A stretch of DNA of 64,000 bases from assembly GCF_000002075.1 (NCBI RefSeq), contig NW_004798162.1, positions 117,077 through 181,076 on the forward strand, written 5' to 3'. The translations under genes and the position numbers were made by a program. The notes under the pieces were generated by a model that saw only the letters and a list, made by a program, of their open reading frames with translations, was not told the origin of the DNA and made no database searches. The DNA is from Aplysia californica. Its lineage: Eukaryota. Each line of letters opens with the position of its first letter. The stretch's first letter is position 1. This document shows positions 23,832 through 35,000 of the stretch, in pieces.

Positions 23832-26800
23832 ATCTCCTCTTCTCAATGTTGAGACAAAACAGCATTCAAAAACACAGACTGACTTACGGTAAGAATGGGG
23901 AGTTGTAAATGCCTGGCATGACCTCTGTGCTGACCAGGTAATGGTGTCTCCGAGCCTCCATCTTCCTGTGCTCCATCTCCTTCTTCTCCTCCTCTCGTTT
24001 CCGGGTGGCTTCCTGCTGCTCGGCATATTCTGAGAGCTCAGACCTATAAACAGAAAAAAAGGGGTAAAATAAGACACACTATCATCAAATTTTTAAAAAT
24101 GTTCTCAATTTTACATTTGATAAAAACCATGCAAAGTTGTGGTACTGGAGCATTAACCTATCTTGTACATATTTTCTCTATCTATGATAGGCAAATCAGT
24201 GCAAAATGAAATCAACTTCTCCAAGTAGTTACTAATCTGGAGATATTCACTATCCTATAATACTATAAAAACAATTTTCAATCTGAGAACAAGCAGCTAA
24301 AACCTCAAATAAACAATTTCTGTGACCATAGTACAACAGCCTAATCGATCTCAAAGTTTTCAATGACATGACAAAAAAATTGCATTTTTCTTACAAATGA
24401 GTTCAAATGAGCAGGTTTTATAGACTCTAGACATTATTTGGTCTTTAAAAAATATAAAAAATGACTGATTATTACAGTTTATCACAGACGTATCTAAAAC
24501 TTTTCAGCATTATAGAAGGGCAAACCTCGAACAAACTTACCTTATGATTTCATTCTTCACTTGCAGAGCCTCCAAATATCTCTTCCGGCTGTAGTAATTA
24601 AACACATACTTCCTCACATAGTAACCTCTCCAAACTTTTTGTACCTGTAATGAAAGGTTTTTTTAAGTTGCAGGGACTGTAAGCTTAAAGGGTCTCTGTA
24701 GTTTGTTCACACACAGTGAGAAACATTAATGTTATGGAAAATTACTGTCATCAATTATATTGAAACCAAAGGCAATAAGTATTGTATTAAAATAATAGAG
24801 GTAACAAGATATTTCTTTACTATAGCTATGTCTTTACATATTAATGCCCAACGTCATTTTAGCAGTAAATTGCTTTATAGAGGCATAATGACCTTTGATT
24901 GCAACGATATTATCAACAGTGACAGACACAAGGATCAAAGATCAGAAACTAAGGGAACCAACATTTTGGCAGAACCAAATATCAACCCAGAAGAAGGAAA
25001 TGCCCATAACTCATGTGAAGACACCACTAAATATACCAACTACTATACAATGTAAGGAAGCTGCCACAGCCTTTTATCACAGAAATGTGACATGTGCAAG
25101 AAAGATAACAAACAAAAAAATAACAACCTTGCAAGCCATAGCATTGTAGTGGTTCAACTTCATTATGAAGACCGTGTTCTGAAAAAGAAAACAATTCTTA
25201 ATTTAAATTTTACAATAAATAACATTATCAACATTTGGTAAAGAATTAAGGAAAAAAAACAATGCTATTGAAGAGTCTACATAAATTAGGTAGAGCTTTC
25301 AAGCATGCCACAAGTTTTTAGTATTTTCTCGAAATCACAACACACTCGCAGTGCTTTAACAATGTTTCATCATAATGGAAGACACTAAGAATCATATAGC
25401 CACAAACTTCTCTTTCATGATACCATAAGAAAAAGGCCATTATATCCTGTTGGATTAAAATGAACAATAAGCCCTAAACGTAAGCACTTTTAAAAGTCAT
25501 AAACAAATGCAAAAAAATCATGTCACTCCTAGATAAAAAAAAGAAGCTCAGTCCACTGAAATCTTCACTGTTTACCTTCAGAAGAATCCTGAAAAATCTT
25601 CGTCCTAAAAAGCCCCTCCATCGCCTTTGAATTGCTGTAGCACACCTGTTAGTATGTCTGATAGAAAGGAATGAAACATTTAAATCATAAGTATTTTAAA
25701 ACAAACTGTGACCTATGGCAGTGACAATACTTCTTAAAATCTAAAGAACATCGAATTATATTATTAGTCAAGAATGCTACACCACTAATTATTGCATTTT
25801 ACTTAGTTATAAAAAGTAGGCAAACAGAATGCCATAAAAATGGATCAGTGGTAAAAGTTTCAAGGTTTGAAGCATCTTTAAAGTTACTAATGCAGGGCAA
25901 AATTTAAGAATAGATTAAGTTCCGACTTCCTGGGTGCTGTAAGAATATCAGGGACATAGTTTTCCAACCATCCAAAAAAAGGTTTAAAAAAAAGAGGTTT
26001 AAAAAAAAAGTTTTGAAAAAAGAACTTCAACTCCTCTAATTACTCATTTTTTTCCTGAGTTATACTTTAGAACTCACAAGAATATGTAAGAATACAAACT
26101 CACTTCAAATAAGAACGAACCCTGGTGGCTCGAAACCATGACTGAATTTTCACAGCATTTGAGTACTCAATCAGTCTGGCAGCTTCTGCATCACTGAAAA
26201 CGTAATATAACATTACCATTTTAAAATTATTGATCATTTGCTTGTCAAATCACAACAGAGATATCAACTTGAATGACAAGAGACACCTCTGAGACAAACT
26301 AGGATTCTTGTCAACAAATACAACCCATGTCATTCTTATGAGGATAAGAAGAATTGTATTCATTTCATTTTTGACATGTAGATTTAATTGAATACGTAGA
26401 TCTAGATCTAGCAACCAAAGCGAAAATTGCCCAGCCCCCATCACGTAACAGGAGGAACATAGATCTAGTACATTCTTCTTACCTTAAGTTTTAGCTTGAT
26501 TATCAAAAAAGGAGACAAAATGCACAACTTAGAAATCTATTGCTAATTTAAATCATTTACATTTTTCAATTTCAAAACTGCTTTTTTTTTTTTTTAATCT
26601 TGATGATATTCAATCATATTCATCCCAGTCAAAACAAATCACGTAGATCTAGCCAATACCACGAACTGTCCGGACTCTTTACTAAAAGTCAGAAGTGAAA
26701 TTTACGTAAATTACAGGTTAATAAAGAAAAAATACAACACATCTTAACTGAAAATACACTCGTACTTCTTTTTGTCATATATTTCAGCGATAATTCCATC

Positions 26801-26833
26801 TGTTTCGCCCAATAAGCGAACCATAGCCGCCAT
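20340..26833 (-). CDS. SPATA17: Spermatogenesis-associated protein 17 (IQ-motif ciliary/flagellar protein), 10 exons, ~351 aa
   Basis: Minus-strand exons: 26833-26766 (MAAMVRLLGETDGIIAEIYDKK; donor could be 6 nt further), 26193-26104 (AVKIQSWFRATRVRSYL, IQ1), 25657-25576 (ATAIQRRWRGFLGRR, IQ2), 25178-25128, 24644-24541 (VQKVWRGYYVRKYVFNYY, IQ3), 24043-23888 (HYLVSTEVMPGIYNSPF), 23271-23121, 22292-22144 (GPFRDPAVVQKQRYKPFQPSLRV), 21410-21281, 20414-20340 (NFKTLVPPIPIFSKLNDTYSQGQV*). All phases are consistent and the motifs match recalled human SPATA17. Confidence 0.93.
22701..23007 (+). mobile_element. Diverged TTAA-type element fragment in a SPATA17 intron
   Basis: Ends in GATAGGG-TTAA; reverse-complement similarity to 28388-28661 (e.g. 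CTATTTTGATAGTT..TTCAT.TAATGAA). Confidence 0.5.
23760..23830. repeat. (CA)n microsatellite
   Basis: Directly visible. Confidence 0.95.
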
Positions 26834-27464
26834 CTTGTTTGTCCATCACCAAGGACCAGGGTTGCCAGTACCGTCGTCTTCTTTCCTTCTTGTGGGATGG
26901 TTTACCTGGCCATCGCGTACTTCAAAAATTAATTTCCTTTTACTCAGTAAATTACGTCCTGCCTGTCGCACGGGCTCATCAGAAAATTTTGTAAACCAAT
27001 TTTCTCCACTCTCCAAGATCATTTTCGAGATATATATTAAGTTATTACTGCTTGTTATAGTATATTCATTGCGTAGGCCTTTTTTTTTTCCTGTTATAAA
27101 TCATTCACGTAATGATTCAGATTCTACATTTTTGTTGAAGTGAAACAAAAACCAGAGCTGAGAGCACATCCAAAAAGACAACTTTAAAAATTAATAATTA
27201 TTCACCTATTTCAATATTCTTTTCACAAATTGCAGCTCTAATTATAATCAATGAGCTACAATTGGTAATTGAGGGGGTTCAGACATCGTTACATTTGTAT
27301 TACCAACTAATTACAACCAGGCATTTGGGAAATATGCCTGTATAGGCTATTTCCGCTAGTCTCTTAGCAACTATTTACATCATGGCGGCTTCTTTCTAAG
27401 TTTTCTTGTTTTGCGGTTCGTGGTTGCTGTTTCTTGTTGTATACTTTCAACAGAGCCATACACC
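26834..27464. promoter_or_regulatory. Putative bidirectional promoter between SPATA17 and CIMIP6
   Basis: Only ~630 bp separate the divergent start codons. X-box-like GTCTCTTAGCAAC at 27359-27371 is immediately followed by forkhead-like TATTTACA (27372-27379). YY1-like AAGATGGCGGC overlaps the SPATA17 ATG and CATGGCGGC lies at 27381. Confidence 0.6.
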
Positions 27465-27712
27465 ATGACCCTTTTTATGCCACCGATTCAACGAAAGAAA
27501 AAAGTTGATGAAAAATACAAGTTAGTTACCGTAATTTGTGTTCTCTTTGTCGGCTGTTTTAAATCGATAAATCTTTGTAAAGACTTGATTGACTTGATCT
27601 AGAAATCTTGTTCAGTAGTAGATCTATATTGTAGTAATATGTAGTACAGTATCATTAGATTTATATGTAGATTGTATTTGGGATGCCTGCCATTGAGCTG
27701 TGTGTATATATT

Positions 27713-27756
<44 letters not shown>

Positions 27757-29012
27757 GCAGTAGGCCTCTACCGCCGTCTATCTGCTCAGAATGTGTGTGT
27801 GTGTGTGGGAACATGCGCGCACTGGCATCCCATAATCCATGTTTTTGAGTAGTGTCATGCTTATTGCTATTATGAAAAGGTTCCCTATCCACAGTAAATC
27901 AAACATCTGATTAATATCCGTGCTTGTTTATAGGATATATAATATATATGATTCAGGGGGGGGGGGGGTGTTGCTTTTGTTGTTGTTTTTTAAAATTATT
28001 TTGTGGGTTTGGGTTTTTTTAATACATGAGTACCAGTACATGAGATAGATAGTGAGCAAGAGAGTGAGAGAGAGAGATCAGAGACAGAGAGAGAGAGATC
28101 AGAGACAGAGAGAGNNNNNNNNNNNNNNNNNNNNNNNNNNNNNNNNNNNNNNNNNNNNNNNNNNNNNNNNNNNNNNNNNNNNNNNNNNNNNNNNNNNNNN
28201 NNNNNNNNNNNNNNNNNNNNNNNNNNNNNNNNNNNNNNNNNNNNNNNNNNNTGTGGTGAGGGGAGGAGGTAGAGAAAAAGTAGAGGGGATGATGAAGCAT
28301 TTGATTATACCTATGTGTATTACCTTTTCAGTTTGGTTAGGTTGTGAACTCTAGAAAGTACTTATAAAATCCTTATCTCAGGGCCTCTTAACCAGTGGCT
28401 CTCCCAGTGTGCTGCCTGAAGTGGCTCGGCACAGTCCTTTACGGCGGCATTGACTCATTGACATATCATTTTTTTGGCAGTATCCAAAAAGAGCTGGGTC
28501 TCTTGGAAGTTGTTTCATTAAATGAAAAACTATCAAAATAGTATCATTTGTTTTTATGCGAAATTAACAATTTTGACATTTATATCACTTTAAGGTTTCT
28601 TACCAAAAGAAGACTCTGGCATTGTGGGAAAACCCCTTTTTTGAGATAAAGTGTTAAAATCACATATATGAGATACATTTTATAATTGACTTTTATATGA
28701 TTGTTATTATTATTATCATTTTTAAAATTTGTAGTATAGTAGTATTTTTGTTGCTATTTTTATTATTATGTATATTATTACAGTTGGGCACTGATAACAC
28801 AAACACGGAAAACTAAAAAATTTTGGATAAGCTAGGCTTGTACAATTTGCTATTTCACGACTGATATCTAAACTCTGCATATATTTTTCTGTTATTGGTT
28901 AACCCAAATTATTAATCCGTCACGTGTCTGGGTTATCAATGCCATACTGTATTATTATCATTATTGTTGTTGTTGTTTGTTGTTATGTTGTTATTGTTTC
29001 GTCATTGTATTA

Positions 29013-29059
<47 letters not shown>

Positions 29060-32000
29060 TTATGATTATTATTTTTATTCTATAATTTTATATTTGATTA
29101 ATATTATCATTATTATTATCATTATTATTCTAGAATCACATTATAAGTCAGCCATTAAAAACCTCAATATATGTTGTTGTAAGTCAGCCATGAAACCTCA
29201 GTAAATGCTGTTCTTTTAAATGTAAAACTATCCACTTTTTATTTTTTACTGAAAATAAACAGTAACATAAACACCTAATGGCTGCAGTATCATATATTGC
29301 CATTGTTTTGATAAATTTTGATTCTTTGGTATAAATCTTAATGCTCCTTTTTTTTTTCAGTCCTGACTCTTTTCGGGTCATCAGTGAGGACGCTGTGTCA
29401 GATCATCCTAAATACAGACCCCTACCATACAGAGCATCGTTTGAACCTCGAACACCAACTCCAAAGGCCCCCCAAAGAAACAATAATGCTTCAGAGGGAG
29501 AGCCATGTGTTGCCCCTGTTCTGGAGCCTGTCAGGGCTCTGAAGAATACCCGAGTGTTGCCTCAGATTCTCCCTGATTACAGAGCTAACAAACCTCAAGC
29601 TCGTGCTTGCGGATTTCTTGACAGAAACGTTAGATTTCTGAATGAACCAATTTGTAATGTGAGTATTTTTTTATTTTTTAAAACACTTTTCACATGTGTA
29701 GCATGGAGAATACGCAACACTTATGCCCATGGACAAGGATACAGGTGCGGTACATGCAATTCACGCCGTCTGCGATCAGCATCCCATGGGGGCATATACA
29801 GAGTGTTAACCATTAGTTTTCTTTTTACTTTTATGTAACAAATTTTTCTTTCAAAATACGCTAAGAAGGTGAAGATTAATTATTAGCAAACCAATCTGTA
29901 ATTTGAGTGTATGGTTTTTACTTTGTTTTAATCCTTATTTTTTCACAAGTCTGTAACAAATTTTATTTTAAAAATAAATAAATTTAAAATGTTAGGGAAT
30001 CAAGAACTTATACTGTTTTACACACAAATGTATGCAAATTATGCTGTTCCTGTGAGTGCTTAGGAAGTGCTAAATCTTATTGGGACAAGAGTGGGTGCAC
30101 CAGGAAGCCAATGGTGGAAGAGCCGTGTTCTAACTTTCCCACTTAATATATCTTTCCTTCTCTTCATTACTTTTAATGTTAAAGAAATCCTGGTAAGGCT
30201 ATTTCATTCTGTTCTAGAAAAGTTTGTGTACCTTTTACCAATTCAATCATAATTGTAGTCATTATACCACAATCATAAATGCATATATTGTACATGCAGT
30301 AATTAGCTTTTCTGCTTAGAATTTGTTTTGATAAATAGTGTGTGTTATAATGGGATGTAAACAGGTTCTAGACGCTTTCTATAGTCTTACACTATGAAAT
30401 AATGCCTCGCAGTTCTATGAAAGACAATATTGATATCAATAGCCTTGATAACCTTTCTTTCAGGTGTATACAAAGCCAGTTCAGCATGAGGAAAAGCAAT
30501 GGTGGCCAACGCGGCCAAATCCTGGAGACTTACAAGTACCGCCATATGCCGAAGACACTCACTACAGAACTGATTATAACAATCGCCACGGGGAGAGACC
30601 TGATGGATCAGGAAGACACACTTCCAATGTACATAGAGACCCTGCTTTAGGCACAGGTAAGAAAGAGAGAGAGAAAGGATATAACCTTACATAATAATAT
30701 GTAAATATTGTCCTTTCCTTGAGGCTAATATATTATGGTGTTTCTTAAGGTTTATAGAATATGTTCACCTGTGGTTCTGAGCAATAACTTGCTGTCCCGG
30801 TGGTTTTATGCACCCAGCATAATTTAGCAAAATTTGATCATTTTTTGTGTAATTTCTGATTATTTTCCTTGATCATTCTTTGTTAATAATAACAGAATCG
30901 CATAATTTCACATTTTTGGGCTCAGTTTGCATAATTTCAGAATTTTACTTGCATAAAACGACGGGACAGAATAAGAAGGCACATAGGTTGGAAATTGATT
31001 GGGGGGGGGGGGGNNNNNNNNNNNNNNNNNNNNNNNNNNNNNNNNNNNNNNNNNNNNNNNNNNNNNNNNNNNNNNNNNNNNNNNNNNNNNNNNNNNNNNN
31101 NNNNNNNNNNNNNGCTCAAGCCCTTTAGCCCTTCACTACGCCCCGCCACTGTAGTTGAATCACAAGTAAGTGATATAATATATAAAAGATAAGATCCTAA
31201 AGAATCACAGGCAACTTAACTTCATTTCCTTTCAATGTGTTGCATTATTTTCAAGAATTTTGCATTTACAATTACCCCAAGGTGAGATTTGCTGAAGAGT
31301 TCACTGATGCAGAAGAAGAAAACAAAGCATAAAAGGACAAGGGTATAAGCATTAATCAAATTTCATTTAAATGTAGTAGATGTAGTCAAGCTGTTAAATG
31401 TTTAGCTGTTCGTCAATACTTTTGCTTAAGTTCTGGTACTTCGAAAGTATTTTTGTTTCTTCGATGATGTGAAAATTTATGTTGAAGCGATTTAATAAAG
31501 AGTAGGCCTATTATGTTCCATAAGTCTCATCAATAATGTACGTGACATTTATGGCTTAGCAGTGATGTTTTTTTGTTGTTTATTTTGCTTTATTCCATCC
31601 ACGACTGTTAACATAAAATTAATGTTTTTCCAAGAGTGGCAGAAAAATGTAATTATGTTGTTGTAACTTCTGAAATATCAACATTTCTGCATCTGTTTAT
31701 AAACTAAAGTAACAATTAAACCAACTAAATCATTGAGTTGTGTGTTACTTCTTATTCCTATGTTTAGGTTATTAAAACAGATCACAACATTCATTAAGAA
31801 AATTTGAACAAAACTATTTTTATTTTAATCTTTTGGCATGAATATTTTTATCTGACAGATATGTATAGAGATATTATTCTCCTGCATGTGACAATGTATT
31901 TCAACTCCTTACTCTTGAAAACGTTTGATAAAAGAACACTGCCGTCTTTGTATCATTCTCTTTTCAGCATGAAATGCCTAAGTCTGAAATATCTTTATTT

Positions 32001-35000
32001 CTGATTTATTGCAGCACTTCTGTTCACGACTCTAGAGAATGTTTGATGTATTACTAGTATTCGTTCCTTGATACCCTGTGCATGTTGATTTTACATGTCA
32101 TAGTCTTGTCACGCTGTGTCAGACTTTTTTATGCTAATCTGCTATGCTCGAATATTGCAATGCACTACTCTCTTTTTTTCTTCTTTCATTCTTACTCTGT
32201 CACTACGGTCAGTTGAATTCAGTCGATTGTGCCGAACAGGGAGAAAAGGACCCAGTATCAGAAGCAATGTGTCTCTTACATATCTATTAAAGGAGGCTAG
32301 AATACACCCTCAGAAACTGAGCTTTTCCTCTTTCTTCTTTACCTTTCTTGTGTTGTAAAAAAATGCTTCTTTTTTCACTTTCAAAGGTTTTTGCTTTTGA
32401 AAGTTCAGTACATTTAGTTGGATTACAAGAACGAAAGATTATAAATGAGACAATAAGCTTGCTCTTTCAAAGAAGATGAGGTCACGAGTTGGTTTTTCAA
32501 ATTAAATTCAAACCAAAAAAAAAGAAGAAAAATTTCCGAACTGCCGGTTTCAAGATCGATGAAACAAGATTTTCACTGTGAAAGTTTACTGTTTCTTGTT
32601 TCAGTTCCCGTGAATTACTTGAGGGAAAAAGATGGATCTCAAAGATTTTACAAGGAAGGCATGTCATATGAACACATGTACAACTGCAGGTCAGATCCCA
32701 GCTATCCAATTCGAGGAAAAGTAAGTTGGTTTAATTCACTTAATCTTAATCATCTTGAAATTTATAGGAGGGAGCTGGACTGTCCACGCCAGTAGGGCCT
32801 ACAAAAAAAAAAAAGAGAATGCCTCTGAGCTATAAGTCTGTGAAAATGTGAAATGGTAGAGGTTCAATGCCCCTATCAACACTTTAAGGTTATTTAAGAG
32901 GTGGGACCTTCGAATTTAAAGTCCATCTCCAAAAAGATTAAGTGAAGACACATAGGAAATTTGTGTAAAGGGCCTTTCCCAAGGTTACAACATCAGACCG
33001 AGCTGAGTCTCGAACCCCTGATATAAGTGTGTAACCAAAGCTAAGGTCTATTTCATCAGTACTGAGATCATCAAGTTTAAATCCATTTCAATTTCAAGGT
33101 CAGTGTAACAGAATCCTTGTAAACTTGACAGCCGCAGAAAGAGAACATATCTGTTCTTTATTTTGTGTGCATGCAGTTTGCTATCTGCTGTTCAAGAAAA
33201 ACAGTGTATTTAATTACTGATCTTTTCAATTTTGTACTACCAAAGAAAAGAAACCAAGTAAAAGCTTTGATAATCACAGGTAATCACATGAAAGTTGAAA
33301 ACTATAGACTATGTATAGAATTGCCGTCATTCTAATTATTGCTTTGTATCCTCAGAGCACTAAAACTACTAAAATAAATATTTGCCTATTTGTTGTACTG
33401 CCTTAACATTATCGTTTAAACACTCTTTTTGTTACAAATGAATGCATAGCCGAACATGACAGGCTCACATTTTTTTTCAGTTTCTGCCAGATGTTTTAGA
33501 ATTGAAGGCCCCAAATGGGAGGAGATTCATAGCAATATTTTTTAAGACATGAAGTTCTTTAAAAAAGACATGGATAGTATGAGTAGTTCAAGAAAAAGAA
33601 AGTGGGATCTCAAGTACTTTAGTAAAATCATTGTATGGGGTCTATATATGTAGCCTACACATGCCGAGCTTCAAGTCTAAGGTAGCTGATTTTGCTTGAC
33701 CCAGTTTTGACTTCAAATTGTAACCTTGGCCTTTTATTTCCCCCCAAAAATACTTTCGACACAAATTTAAAGACATTTCTCACTCACCTCCATTTCTGGT
33801 ATGCTCACGTTCATTTATTTTTCAAGCAGTCTGTACTGAATTTCCACCACGTGTTCCTTGAATATGTGGAATAAAAAATTGTGTAAAAAAAAGCCAATTT
33901 TGAAAAATAGCCACATTTTTTACGTGACAGCTTATACAGCCAAATAGAAGGGAGGAAAGAAGACTCTTCCAGCTTTGTGGCATGAGGTTGGGGTTTTTTG
34001 TTGGGTTTTTTTTCCTTCAGAATCAAACTCTTCTTGTACTTCACCAGCACTTCACTCCTCTTTGCCTTGTCTTCACGACCTCTTTATGCTACTGGATGAA
34101 TTTTTGTCTTATATACTGGGAACCCATTGACAGGATCGGACCAGGTGTGGTCCAGTCAATTAATGATGGCTTCAGCTCACACTATGAACAGACCCATTCC
34201 CTTGGTGTATCAAATTTGACCCAGAAGTTAAAGCAGTAAAAATTTTGACCAGCATACGGTGTTGTTGTACATAGAATTCACTATTCACTATACAACCGAT
34301 TCCTTCAAAAATGTTGTCAAGCGCCAGCAACGGAGTATCACAGTTGCAGTGTTTGGAAATTCTTGAATCTCACAGACATGGGAAATTTTGATGAATTTTT
34401 ATCTCCCTTTCCAAATCCACACTGTCCATTTTTGTTATCCGCTTTCAAACAAAAATATATGACCCTGACCTTGTGACTCATAGGCTACGAGCATTGTGAT
34501 TTGCCTCTTTCATCCTACGCCTAAAGTCGTTTGACTGGCAACCTTGAAAAATGGTTTCTTTGATTTTGAATAGTCACCGTCCAGTTAAGTTGAATTCAGT
34601 CGATTGTGCCGAACATGGTAGCTTTTACCCCTCCATGATAAGAAAATCTGGCTATTCCCAACTGAATCAAATGAATCAGATTTGCAATGTGCACTAGGTA
34701 TAAAGTCTAATTCCCAAATTCTGAATCTTGATCTGAAACTGGTTCTGATATTTGCCAACACGTTTCATAATGCTCATGAAATTTTTATTGTGAGAATAGG
34801 AAACATAACAATTAATCTATATTGGTGTTTCTATTTTCGTCTGTGTGGCGGTATGGTATACAGCGTAGGAGAAAACCATAAGTTTGGGTTACAGAACTAC
34901 TAGTTGAACAGTGGCGGTGGGTGGTTCTAAATGTGGGTGGGGCTAAGGAATGAGGGTAAGTTGAGTTCAGAGATAAGATTTCCTTGGTTCAGGGACATTC

